Shown here in pieces: positions 28,980-38,631 of a stretch of 64,000 nt of DNA. The stretch spans positions 1-64,000 of the forward strand of contig JAWOCD010000115.1 in NCBI GenBank assembly GCA_046483985.1. The letters are read 5' to 3'. A model generated the notes under the pieces. The model was not told the origin of the DNA, did not search any database, and saw nothing but the letters and a program-made list of their open reading frames with translations. The DNA is from Promethearchaeia archaeon. Its GTDB lineage: Archaea > Asgardarchaeota > Lokiarchaeia > Sigyniarchaeales > SOKP01. Position numbers and translations under genes: made by a program. The number at the start of each line of letters is the position of its first letter. The first letter of the stretch is position 1.

Positions 28980-30113
28980 ATGAACATTTCAGAAGAAGAG
29001 AAAAAAGAAGTTCTTAAAGTTCTGGAATCTCAACTGCTGAGTTCTTTAGCAGGGGAAGTTGTTAAAAAATTTGAAAAAGAATTTGCCGATTACATGGGTG
29101 TTGACCATGCAATTGCGGTCAATTCGGGAACTGCTGCTCTACATACTGCAATAACGTCTCTCGATATAGGAACTGGTGATGAAGTGATAGTTTCACCCTT
29201 TACATTTATCGCAACGGCTTCGTCAGTACTTCAGAATAATGCAATCCCAATATTTGCCGATATTGATGAGAAAACATATACCTTAGATCCCGAATCCGTC
29301 AAGGAACACATAACGGATAAAACAAAAGCTATAATCCCCGTTCATTTGGCGGGTATTGCAGCAAACATGGACCCGTTGATGGAGATTGCCCAAGATTATA
29401 ACCTTTTTATTATTGAAGATGCTTGTCAAGCTCACGGCTGTGAATATAAAGGTCAGAAAGTGGGTTCTTTAGGACATATAGGGACTTTCAGTTTCTATCC
29501 CTCAAAGAATATGACAACTGGAGAAGGAGGGATGATCACGACAAATGAAAAAAGTATTGCCGAACAATCCCGCTTAATCCGCCATCACGGTGAGCCATCG
29601 TGGTATGTCTATAACCGGCTAGGTTGGAATTATCGCATGACTGAAATCCAAGGTGCAATTGGTCTGATTCAACTTAAAAAACTGGAGGGATTTGTAAAAG
29701 ATCGAAATAAAAAGGCGCGGATTCTCACAGATGCCATAGAGAAAATTAAGGGAATAGACCCGCCGTTTGTACCGGACTATTGTCAACCTGCCTTTAATTA
29801 CTGGATTGGAAGAATCCATCCAAACGTAATTGGTATTGATAAAGAACAATTTTTAAAAAAATTTGACCGCAGTAAAGTTTTATATCCAAAACCCCTCTAT
29901 GAAACAAAATTATTTCAAGAAAAGGTTGCTTATCCCCATGGATGTCCTTGGTCTTGTCCCTATTATGATAAAGAATTAGATTATTCCACTATTGAGTTAC
30001 CAGTGGTGGAAAGAGTGACCCGTGAAATATTTGCATTGGATGTTCATTCAAGAATTTCGGATGAGGTATTACGGGAAAATATAGAGATTATGCGAAATCT
30101 CGGTAATAAATAA
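28980..30113 (+). CDS. DegT/DnrJ/EryC1/StrS aminotransferase
   Basis: NSGTAAL, FTFIATA, EDACQAHG, SFYPSKNMTTGEGG. Confidence 0.94.
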   Translation: MNISEEEKKEVLKVLESQLLSSLAGEVVKKFEKEFADYMGVDHAIAVNSGTAALHTAITSLDIGTGDEVIVSPFTFIATASSVLQNNAIPIFADIDEKTYTLDPESVKEHITDKTKAIIPVHLAGIAANMDPLMEIAQDYNLFIIEDACQAHGCEYKGQKVGSLGHIGTFSFYPSKNMTTGEGGMITTNEKSIAEQSRLIRHHGEPSWYVYNRLGWNYRMTEIQGAIGLIQLKKLEGFVKDRNKKARILTDAIEKIKGIDPPFVPDYCQPAFNYWIGRIHPNVIGIDKEQFLKKFDRSKVLYPKPLYETKLFQEKVAYPHGCPWSCPYYDKELDYSTIELPVVERVTREIFALDVHSRISDEVLRENIEIMRNLGNK

Positions 30114-30305
30114 AAGACTCTTTATACTAATACTTTAGAATTGAAACCAAATAAACAATAACAGCCCCAATTTTCATGCAGGTTTCCGTTATTAATGCTC
30201 GCTTTTTCATTTTCCTCATTCTATTATCCAACATTTAAGAGTTACCTTTTGAATCCCTTTGTAACATTCTCATAATTGTCTAATAATACTTAGATAATAC
30301 TCTAT

Positions 30306-30713
30306 TTGAAAATAAATGAGTGGTCTATTTTAAATATGAATCGTTCTCTTAAAAAAAGAAAGTTTATGCAACTGTTCGAATTAGTTTCGAGTAATGCCGA
30401 TTTTAAAACACAACAGCATCAATCAGATGTTAATAGGCAAAAAGAATCAAACCTTAGAAAGATGTTTAAGTTATTAAATGATTTAAACCTTAAAAATGAA
30501 AATCGCTATATTCTTTGTAATTTTATTGACCAATACAGTGATATCTTAGAATATGAAGGAGATATTTATATGGATAACGCCGAGAAGTCAGTTGATCAAA
30601 TACAAGAACTCGCCCTAACTCGAGCCAAGCAGCATGAGATAATGGATTTTCTTTATGACGAATATAGCACATGTGTCCAAGCAATTAGTCAAAAAAAGGA
30701 ATTTCAATTCTAA
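30306..30713 (+). CDS. Hypothetical protein
   Basis: 135-aa ORF; start position uncertain. Confidence 0.6.
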   Translation: MKINEWSILNMNRSLKKRKFMQLFELVSSNADFKTQQHQSDVNRQKESNLRKMFKLLNDLNLKNENRYILCNFIDQYSDILEYEGDIYMDNAEKSVDQIQELALTRAKQHEIMDFLYDEYSTCVQAISQKKEFQF

Positions 30714-30789
30714 AATAATTTTTAAAATCTTTCTTTTTATTATTTTCCCGCAATATAAAACTAAGGAAAGAAAAAAATAAAACAAAAGT

Positions 30790-31422
30790 TTAGATAAAAG
30801 TTAAATCTTGATACTCTGATTCTGATGGAAACTTTTTTGCTAAATCCAATTTCCGGATTTCTTTGTTCAATTTTAACACAGCATCTCGCACCACTTCTTT
30901 CTTCTTTGCGCCGGTGCATACAATTCGTCCCGTGCTAAAAATGAGAAAGACTGTCTTAGGGTCTTGCATGCGATAGATTAATCCTGGAAATACCTCAGGT
31001 TCGTACATTGCAAATTCCATAACTATGGCAGCCATGTTTAGATCTACATTGGTATGCAAATCGCCCGATGCCACTATATTTTGAATAGTTATTTCTGGAT
31101 TTTCGAGGTCAATTCCTGCCTTTTTTATGTTATCTAATACTTGATCGACTACCGAGGGGGCTTCTGTTGCCTTTCGAAGGCCAGTTACTACCATTTTTCC
31201 CGTACTAAAAATAAGGATAGTAGCTCTGGGCTTTTCAATTCGCATAACTAATCCTGGAAATCGGTCTGGATTATATTCTACTTCTGGGTGTTTGCCAGCT
31301 ATCTGAGTAAGATCGATTTTGTCATCTATTTTTACTTCGACAGTTGCTACTACATTCTCAATCTTATAGTCTAAATCAGACTCATCAAATTCAACTTCAT
31401 TCTCATTATTTTCATTACTCAT
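30790..31422 (-). CDS. tbp: TATA-box-binding protein
   Basis: Two repeats: IENVVA...YNPDRFPGL...IFSTGKMVVTG and IQNIVA...YEPEVFPGL...IFSTGRIVCTG. Confidence 0.98.
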   Translation of the reverse strand: MSNENNENEVEFDESDLDYKIENVVATVEVKIDDKIDLTQIAGKHPEVEYNPDRFPGLVMRIEKPRATILIFSTGKMVVTGLRKATEAPSVVDQVLDNIKKAGIDLENPEITIQNIVASGDLHTNVDLNMAAIVMEFAMYEPEVFPGLIYRMQDPKTVFLIFSTGRIVCTGAKKKEVVRDAVLKLNKEIRKLDLAKKFPSESEYQDLTFI

Positions 31423-31641
31423 ATAAAAATCAACTAATATTTAATTCATATTCATCTTTTTAGAAAGAAAATTTCTTTTTAAAGCGCTTTTATTTTTATA
31501 AGTAATGATCCTTTATAAAAGACATTTATAAAAAATCTAAAAAACTTTTTAAAGAAAGGCTTTGAATCAATGCTTATAAGTTTTATTGATTTTTGGACAA
31601 AAAGAAAGAAGTAAATGGATTTAACTTCTTAGATTTTACGA

Positions 31642-32166
31642 TTAGGAAATCTTTTTTACTATTTTTTCTGTAAGATTGATGAATGCATCCTCTACATTTT
31701 TTCCCGTCTTAGCTGAAGTAAAGATCATGTCCATGTTATATTTTTCTGCAAATTCTTTCGCTTCTTCTTCTCCGATTTTGATTTGGTTTTTTAAATCAGA
31801 TTTGTTGCCCACCAGTAATAATGGTTGATCTCCTCGGGCTTTTTTAAAACTGTTTACCCATTCATCAAGTTTTTCAAATGATTTTGTATTTGTCCGGTCA
31901 AAAATTAATAAACCACCATTCGCACCTTCTAAATATAAACTCCTTAAAGACTTGAAACTCTCTTGCCCTCCTAAATCCCAAATCTGGGCGGATACTTCTC
32001 CATAATTTTCCAACTCCATCTCCTTTTTCAATAAGTTAACGCCTAGAGTGGCTTTATAATCTTCTCTGAATTTATCTTCCAGAAATCGGTAGACCAAGCT
32101 AGTCTTCCCCACAGCAGCCTCCCCGAGCATAGTTAACTTAATAATAAATCTGTTCTTCTCTGCCAT
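31642..32166 (-). CDS. Rab-like small GTPase
   Basis: GEAAVGKT, YKATLG, WDLGGQE, GNKSD, TSAK. Confidence 0.95.
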   Translation of the reverse strand: MAEKNRFIIKLTMLGEAAVGKTSLVYRFLEDKFREDYKATLGVNLLKKEMELENYGEVSAQIWDLGGQESFKSLRSLYLEGANGGLLIFDRTNTKSFEKLDEWVNSFKKARGDQPLLLVGNKSDLKNQIKIGEEEAKEFAEKYNMDMIFTSAKTGKNVEDAFINLTEKIVKKIS

Positions 32167-32282
32167 ATCTTTTCAACTATTTTCAATTTCTTGTTAATAT
32201 AAATTTAATAAAGCAATATTATTAATAATTTTTCTAAAAACCTTATCTTATTTCAAATAAATTCGACCAAAAATTCTAAAAC

Positions 32283-32693
32283 TTAAATTCCTTCTTGGCT
32301 CTTAACTAAATAGTTGAACAAGTAATATCCGAAAATGAATGTGATCACCGTAAGTATAATGCCCACAATGAAAAAAAGCCGGTTAAAAAATATCAAGCTG
32401 AACGAGCCCAGACTGACAACTAAAAATGCAATAAAAAATTGGTAACCTTTTTTGGCCCAGAAATTGATTTTATTTGCCTCCTTTCCGATGATCTCTCGCT
32501 TTTCCTCAGGAAGTTTTTCAAAACACTCTTTGCAATATAGGCCATATTTGCCCGCAATCACTGCACATTTCAAGCACACTTCCCTCGCACAGATATCACA
32601 TGTTTTGAAGGCTGATTTGATATATTCTTGTTTACAGAGGGGACATTTCCTCAGCTTTGCTCGCAAAACCTCGTCTTCATTAACAAATGACAT
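32283..32693 (-). CDS. 8-Cys FYVE/rabphilin-type zinc finger with a C-terminal TM hairpin
   Basis: CxxC-x11-CxxC-x4-CxxC-x10-CxxC, followed by a charged helix and two hydrophobic segments. Confidence 0.7.
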   Translation of the reverse strand: MSFVNEDEVLRAKLRKCPLCKQEYIKSAFKTCDICAREVCLKCAVIAGKYGLYCKECFEKLPEEKREIIGKEANKINFWAKKGYQFFIAFLVVSLGSFSLIFFNRLFFIVGIILTVITFIFGYYLFNYLVKSQEGI

Positions 32694-32809
32694 TTTTTTG
32701 TGATTTTTTTAGTTTTTGAAAAATTAATATCGCTACTAAATGTGGTTAGTTAATAAAATAAAAAGAGATAAAAAAGTATATTGGTAATAAGTTAAAAGAA
32801 AATTTCGCA

Positions 32810-33289
32810 TTATTCTTCTTGAAATACTATCATAAATTCGCAATAATCTTTTTGCGTCTGAAGGGTGCAATTTAACTCTTGAGCGAAGCAGTGAATATTA
32901 CTCACTTTTTCGACAATCCCCGCTAACAATCCTGCTTCGAATGAGCAAAAATTCCCTTCGGTTTTGATGCCCGTGCCAATCAGATCTTTTATTGAGGAAT
33001 GTCCTTTTAATCGTAATTTTAAAATTTCTTCTGAACTCTGGGTTATTGTTGCTTCCCCAATATGATATTGATTAATAATTTCTTTCAATTTTCTGGGGAT
33101 TTGGGTAACCTCCTTTACCTTTCCCACATTTAGTATAGTCCCAAGTTCATGCCCCAAGTAATAGAAAATTGCTTCAAGCTGATGACCCAAGGCAAGAAGG
33201 GCGGCTAACTTCATATCTCCTATCTCTTTATCCTTTGCTAAATACTTTTTCATTTGGCTTAAAATCTTGCTTAATAATTGTCGGTCCAT
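32810..33289 (-). CDS. V4R domain protein
   Basis: YYLGHELG, CSFEAGLLAG, ELNC, YCEF: classic V4R signature. Confidence 0.88.
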   Translation of the reverse strand: MDRQLLSKILSQMKKYLAKDKEIGDMKLAALLALGHQLEAIFYYLGHELGTILNVGKVKEVTQIPRKLKEIINQYHIGEATITQSSEEILKLRLKGHSSIKDLIGTGIKTEGNFCSFEAGLLAGIVEKVSNIHCFAQELNCTLQTQKDYCEFMIVFQEE

Positions 33290-33332
33290 ATTTTTTTCAC
33301 ATTTTTTTTATTTAGTAATTTTTATACTTTTT

Positions 33333-33614
33333 TTAGATTTGTACTGAGGAAATAAAACCATACAAAATGGTGTCTACGATATCTTCTTTTTGGATATTTA
33401 CCGATAATCGTTTATCAGCAATGATTAAGGTTGGAACGGTATGAACGTTATATTTTTCGGTTAGTTTTCTGTTTTTTTCTATATCGATTTTTTGAATTTG
33501 CAATTTCTTTCCGAACATTGAAATATTAACCTTTTTAAGCATTTCTTCCACCGGTCGACAAGAAATACAATGTTTTGATGAGAAAAATAATATCTTCGGG
33601 TAATTTTTTGACAT
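33333..33614 (-). CDS. Thioredoxin-fold protein
   Basis: HCISC (CxxC), IDI, NVHTVPTLII (cis-Pro loop). Confidence 0.88.
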   Translation of the reverse strand: MSKNYPKILFFSSKHCISCRPVEEMLKKVNISMFGKKLQIQKIDIEKNRKLTEKYNVHTVPTLIIADKRLSVNIQKEDIVDTILYGFISSVQI

Positions 33615-33631
33615 GCTCTTGAATTATACAG

Positions 33632-34177
33632 TTAAGTCTCTTTATACAATTCATATAATTTTTCAATTATTGACCGAAACGCTTTAAAGACGCCTTCACC
33701 CGTTTTCGCTGACGTCTTATAATATCCCAGAAAATCGCGTTTATCCACTATAGATTGAACTCGCTCATCATTCAGTTCCTCCTCATCGACTAAATCTATT
33801 TTATTCCCAAATAAGACAGCTGGTTGATCTCCGCAATGCTTCATAAATTCATCATGCCATTCGCTTATATGCATATAACTTTCTTCATCTGTATGTGAGA
33901 ATACGATGATTGCTGCCTTGCTCCCCTTAAAGAACGTCCCGCGCATAAATTCAAACTCAGACTGACCGGCTATATCCCATAAAAACAACTTTACATTATC
34001 GCCATTTATATCCTCCTCATATTTCGAAAACTGAGCGCCAAGTGTTCTAATATAATCCTTTTGAAAGGTTCCTTGCGTGTATTTCTTGATCAGAGAGGTC
34101 TTGCCCACAGCGCCATCTCCTATTATGGTTATCTTAAAAACGTAGCCTCTTTCATTATCTTGCTCTATTTTGCTCAT
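33632..34177 (-). CDS. Rab-like small GTPase
   Basis: GDGAVGKT, YIRTLG, WDIAGQS, GNKID, KTSAK. Confidence 0.95.
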   Translation of the reverse strand: MSKIEQDNERGYVFKITIIGDGAVGKTSLIKKYTQGTFQKDYIRTLGAQFSKYEEDINGDNVKLFLWDIAGQSEFEFMRGTFFKGSKAAIIVFSHTDEESYMHISEWHDEFMKHCGDQPAVLFGNKIDLVDEEELNDERVQSIVDKRDFLGYYKTSAKTGEGVFKAFRSIIEKLYELYKET

Positions 34178-34512
34178 TCAATCATTCCTATTTGAAGTAA
34201 TATTTATTATACTAGTTATAGGTTGAATAATTACTTAAAATTTTATCTTATCCGAAAAAATATTTATTAAATGGCTATGTGCTTTAGCAGCATTGGTATA
34301 GCCCCGTATCCAGTCTTCGGCTTTTTCGTGAACGATTTTGAAGGATTGAAACCGATTTCAATTTGTTTAGAGAGAAAATTAATCGTTCGGAGCTTTCTCG
34401 CACTTTAGTGATAAAACGTGTTAAGATTATCTTTCTAAAGATCTAAAAATGATCTTATTAAATGATAAGTAGTTATAAAAAATAACAGAATAAAAAGATA
34501 TATGAATAGATA

Positions 34513-35001
34513 ATGACAGTTTTGGATGGAATCGAACGGATTATTGAACAGTTTTCCCAACAAAATCTTACAATTGCATTTGCGGAATCATGTACTGGAG
34601 GGTTCCTCAGCCATATGATTACGAATGTATCCGGATCCTCAATGGTATTTGACAGAGGAGTAGTGAGTTACAGTAATCAAGCAAAAATGGAAATCCTTAA
34701 TGTAAATTCAGAGAGTATAGAGAAAAATGGTGCTGTGTCCCGTTCTGTCGCGTATCAAATGGCAAATAATATTCGTGATCTCTCTCATGTGAATATCGGG
34801 ATCGGTGTCACTGGTATTGCGGGACCCACGGGCGGAACTCCTGAAAAGCCGGTTGGTTTAGTATTTATTGGATTTTCTACCCAGATTAAGAACGATATCA
34901 ATACTTTCGTAGACCGTTATGTCTTTAAGACCTCCCGAATCGGATTTAAAAAGAAGGTGTTGCGGAAAGTGCTTTCTTTTTTGGAAGAGTTTATCTCTTA
35001 G
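34513..35001 (+). CDS. CinA C-terminal / PncC NMN amidohydrolase
   Basis: AESCTGG, SGSS, YSNQAK, GAVS, TGIAGPTGGTPEKPVG. Confidence 0.93.
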   Translation: MTVLDGIERIIEQFSQQNLTIAFAESCTGGFLSHMITNVSGSSMVFDRGVVSYSNQAKMEILNVNSESIEKNGAVSRSVAYQMANNIRDLSHVNIGIGVTGIAGPTGGTPEKPVGLVFIGFSTQIKNDINTFVDRYVFKTSRIGFKKKVLRKVLSFLEEFIS

Positions 35002-35005
35002 AGGA

Positions 35006-35374
35006 TTAAACTACCACGCCCCTAAAGGGCGATGGATTCGTAATTCATCGAGAATCGCCGACCCAGATAACATCGGTCCCCCTTAATCTTTCCCCTGGTC
35101 AATGGAACTTTTCCTATTCCCTCCTCTAAGGTCAGTTTTCCCGCCGAAAAACCTCTAAAAAGTCATTTAAAGTTAAGTTTTAGAAGGAATCTTCGCCTTG
35201 TTAAATTATCTTTTCCCTATCTTCGATACATTCAGCGAGCGTTTCCTTATAGTCTTTAAACTGTGGATGGGACGCGAATTTCTCGGGAAGTTTACCGCGA
35301 TCGCCAGTCAGCGACCATTTGAGGGTCTGTCGGGCTTGACCCAATATGTCCAGATCTTTTCTGACTGGTATTAA
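35006..35374 (-). mobile_element. IS200/IS605-family right-end remnant (end hairpin, reRNA-like region and 3' stub of an ORF)
   Basis: Subterminal hairpin CCACGCCC-CTAAA-GGGCGATGG. The - strand ends ...CGATGAATTACGAATCC...CTTTAGGGGCGTGGTAGTT, like TnpB element ends. A start-less ~57-codon frame runs 35374..35201. 62/73 nt are identical to 53158-53230. Confidence 0.7.
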
Positions 35375-35440
35375 TTAAATTTTTAAACGAATAAATCCAA
35401 ATATTTTTTGTATAAACACTATTTAGAGGATGATAAAAAT

Positions 35441-36640
35441 ATGGATAATTATTGGTTCTTTGGGAGTCCTTTGATTTGTTTCGGACAAAACTCTTTAAAG
35501 TTCTTGCAAGATGTACCTGGAGAAAAGGTTTTCATAGTAACTGATCAATTTATTGAAGAAAATTTACTCGTTAATGTTACTGAAAAGTTAGATGAATATG
35601 GTAAGGAGTATGAAGTATTTGCTGAGGTGTTACCAGATCCACCAGAGGAAATTGTTCAAAAGGGTGTAAAACTCTGTAATGGGTATGATCCTGACCTGAT
35701 CGTTGCCGTAGGAGGGGGCTCGACAATGGACACCGCCAAGGCCATCTGGGTGTTGTATGAGCGGCCGGAATTGAATCTGGACGATATTCACCCTTTTAAA
35801 GAGCTAGAGTTAGGGAAAAAAGCAAAAATGATCGCCATCCCCACCACAAGCGGTACTGGAGCTGAAACTACATGGGCTGTTGTCATAACTCGGACAATGC
35901 CGGACGGCCATGAAGTAAAATTAGAACTTGCAAATCGAGATGTTGTTCCAACTTATGCGATTTTGGACCCCGTGTTTACCTTAAGTTTACCCCCTAATTT
36001 GACCGCATCCACCGGATTTGATGCTTTAGGTCATGTGTATGAGGGACTTATCTCGGAATTTAAGAATGATTTTTCTGACGCCGTTGGTTTAAAAGCAATT
36101 GAATTAATTCAAAAATACTTGCCAGTTGCCTATGAAGACGGAAAAAATGTAAGAGCCCGGGAGGCACTGCAAAATGCTGCATCCTTAGCTGGACTATGTT
36201 TTGGGAATTCACAAGTGATTATGGGGCATGCAATTGCGCATGCGCTTGGGGCTGTATTTCATAAACCTCATGGACTTTGCGTGGGAGTCGTTCTTCCTTA
36301 TATTCTTCAGTATCAAATTAATGATACCGAGCATGACTTCCAAAAGAAACTCTTGGCAAGAACGGCAAAAAAATTAGGGATTGCCAAATGGGCTGATGAT
36401 GATCAGACCGCGGCTGAAAAGATAATCGAAGATATTGAATCTTTACAGGACAAAGTAGATTTTCCGAAAACTCTTGCCGACTTGGATATTTCTAGAGAAG
36501 ATTTTGATGAAAAATTGGACCTTATAGTGGAGACCACATTAGAATCGGGTTCGGGAGAAATGTCTGTAAGACCAGCCGACGCAGACGATTATCAGAAAAT
36601 TCTAAGTTATGCATTTGAAGGAAAAAACATAGATTGGTAA
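35441..36640 (+). CDS. Iron-containing alcohol dehydrogenase
   Basis: GGGSTMDTAK, PTTSGTG, DALGH, HAIAH, HGLC. The ATG at 35441 follows GAGGATGA. Confidence 0.94.
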   Translation: MDNYWFFGSPLICFGQNSLKFLQDVPGEKVFIVTDQFIEENLLVNVTEKLDEYGKEYEVFAEVLPDPPEEIVQKGVKLCNGYDPDLIVAVGGGSTMDTAKAIWVLYERPELNLDDIHPFKELELGKKAKMIAIPTTSGTGAETTWAVVITRTMPDGHEVKLELANRDVVPTYAILDPVFTLSLPPNLTASTGFDALGHVYEGLISEFKNDFSDAVGLKAIELIQKYLPVAYEDGKNVRAREALQNAASLAGLCFGNSQVIMGHAIAHALGAVFHKPHGLCVGVVLPYILQYQINDTEHDFQKKLLARTAKKLGIAKWADDDQTAAEKIIEDIESLQDKVDFPKTLADLDISREDFDEKLDLIVETTLESGSGEMSVRPADADDYQKILSYAFEGKNIDW

Positions 36641-36655
36641 TGAGGTGAAAAAGAA

Positions 36656-37126
36656 TTGACCGAAGATGAACTTATAGACAAAGCTAAGCATCTCTATCGA
36701 GTTGGTTTGTCGCGTTTTCTCTTTCTGGCAATTAATTATATGAAAGGGACAACTAAATTAAAAAAAAAGTTAAAAAAGAAAGACCTTTATTTTCGATTAG
36801 TTTTAGAAGCGACTGATTGGCCAAACCCCACAGTATTGTTATTTAAAGACCATAAAATCTTAGCTCTCCCTATGTCGCCAGAGGATGCAAATAATTCGGA
36901 TATGTGGGATATGAAGGTTATAGGAGAGGCACGAGATTTTTTAGAATACTTTATGGGAGGTCATGCGATTCTTCCGATTTTATTAGGGAAAGTGAAGGTT
37001 AAGGGACTACTCAAATCAATAAAAGTACTGTGGTTTATTAATCTTTCCTTGGATTTTTTTTCCACCAGACAAACTTTTTCCTATGCAACCTTCCACAAAC
37101 TTCGAAAACCTGCCAGAGTAATCTGA
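36656..37126 (+). CDS. SCP2 (sterol/lipid carrier)-like protein
   Basis: ILPILLGKVKVKG C-terminal SCP2 motif; GAGGTG Shine-Dalgarno before the TTG; 15 bp after the ADH gene. Confidence 0.7.
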   Translation: MTEDELIDKAKHLYRVGLSRFLFLAINYMKGTTKLKKKLKKKDLYFRLVLEATDWPNPTVLLFKDHKILALPMSPEDANNSDMWDMKVIGEARDFLEYFMGGHAILPILLGKVKVKGLLKSIKVLWFINLSLDFFSTRQTFSYATFHKLRKPARVI

Positions 37127-37195
37127 AAATAAGATTTTTTAATTTTTTTCCTACTATAAAACTTTCAGATATCATTTTGAAGAGGTAAAGAATAT

Positions 37196-37657
37196 ATGGT
37201 CGTCCGGGAAGCGGGTATCATGTTTCGAGGATTTAGTTTAATCAATGCGAAATATCATCAAACTCAACCCGACAAGGTTGATAAAGATCTACGAAGTAGT
37301 TTGATTACGGCACTGTTGAATTTTTGTGAAGGTGCCTTTTCTACTGTTAATGTAGAATATTTTGTTCTTAAAAAATTTTCAATAGCATTTACAAAATCAA
37401 AAATCCAATCCGCGGATTCCGAGCACCCCGAAGATCTTGTTGTATACGTAATTTTTAATAGGGAGAAGAATACAGAGAAATTCATTCATAAGGTACTTCA
37501 ACCTCTTTTAGAATCTATTGCCCATAAATTTATCCAAGAGAACGAAGGGAAAAATCTATCCGAGATCACGCAGTTTCAATCATTTCGCTCTACATTAGAC
37601 AACATTTTCGGCGACTTGAACAAGACGGTAGATAGTAAGTTTGAAAGCATTTTTTAA
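37196..37657 (+). CDS. Longin-like domain protein
   Basis: VREAGIMFRG...DKDLRSSLITALLNF...VEYFVLKKFSIAF pattern. Confidence 0.6.
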   Translation: MVVREAGIMFRGFSLINAKYHQTQPDKVDKDLRSSLITALLNFCEGAFSTVNVEYFVLKKFSIAFTKSKIQSADSEHPEDLVVYVIFNREKNTEKFIHKVLQPLLESIAHKFIQENEGKNLSEITQFQSFRSTLDNIFGDLNKTVDSKFESIF

Positions 37658-38613
37658 ACTTTGTTTTGGGATTTTAGATACCATAAAATTATAGGAAGGG
37701 CAAGCGTTGCATCTATAATTACAGTTGAATATTGTGCTTTTTTATTTACCTTTCCCCAAGATATAGCTTCTCTCAATGTTGCACCACTCAGTCCTCCGGG
37801 TTCTGGTCGATCCATTGTTATCTGAATTGCATAAGAAGCCGATGTGGGGCAGAATTGAAGAGATTGCATGATAAAATTCTTCGGAACACCCCCACCGATG
37901 ACACAAACTCCTGCTTTTTCAGCATCCCAAGCCAAATCAACCATCTGGAGCATATCTTTAAAATGATCTAAGTTTAGTTTCCGATTATGAAACCCCAGTT
38001 GCAATGCTAATCCACAATCTGTAAAGGCAGGACAAAAGATAGGTACATCCTTTTCAGCGCATATCTTTAAAATTGATTTTGAATTCTCTGGCAATTGAGA
38101 ACCGAGATATTTAAGGAATTTACTGACGGGCATTGTTTGGTCGGGAATTTCTAATTCAGCGATAAAATCTTCAATCCCTTCATAAACTCTGTTGGGAAGA
38201 AATACATCATAGATACGATTTAAATTCTTATCGTGGAGATTAGAGTCGTTTAAATTATCAATATCTATATCGCCTTGAAGATGATGAAACCCTAATGTTT
38301 CTGCAATATCGTGAGTTAAGTTAGCACCAGTAGAGACCAACACGTCTATAAATCCTTCCTCAATATAGTCATGAATGATCCCTTGCATTCCCGCTGGTAC
38401 CAATGCTCCAGCAAGACCAAAAAAGATTACACAATCCCTTTCATTATTCATCTTTTCATAAATTTTACAAGCATTTGCCAATCGCTTCGCATTAAATCCC
38501 GTTCCTTTAAGTGAGTCAATAAGATCTGCAATATCGGAGTCTTGCTCTATTTTAAATTGATTGACATCTTTAAGATGTTTTTTAACTTCTTTTTTATCCA
38601 CCAATATATACAC
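37654..38613 (-). CDS. dys: Deoxyhypusine synthase
   Basis: GFNA, STGANLTHD, IFCPAFTD, GGGVPKN, GGLSGA and EAISWGK with the catalytic Lys. Confidence 0.95.
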   Translation of the reverse strand: MYILVDKKEVKKHLKDVNQFKIEQDSDIADLIDSLKGTGFNAKRLANACKIYEKMNNERDCVIFFGLAGALVPAGMQGIIHDYIEEGFIDVLVSTGANLTHDIAETLGFHHLQGDIDIDNLNDSNLHDKNLNRIYDVFLPNRVYEGIEDFIAELEIPDQTMPVSKFLKYLGSQLPENSKSILKICAEKDVPIFCPAFTDCGLALQLGFHNRKLNLDHFKDMLQMVDLAWDAEKAGVCVIGGGVPKNFIMQSLQFCPTSASYAIQITMDRPEPGGLSGATLREAISWGKVNKKAQYSTVIIDATLALPIILWYLKSQNKV

Positions 38614-38631
38614 GTTTTTATTAAATTTGTT

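Noticed and set aside
30190-30260. MKKRALIT... on the - strand resembling an SDR N-terminus
   Set aside because: Under 30 codons and lacking the glycine-rich motif.
34270-34420. Inverted repeats (GGCTAT/ATAGCC, GAACGATT/AATCGTTC) between the Rab gene and cinA
   Set aside because: The stems are short and could arise by chance or from a decayed gene; insufficient support for an ncRNA.
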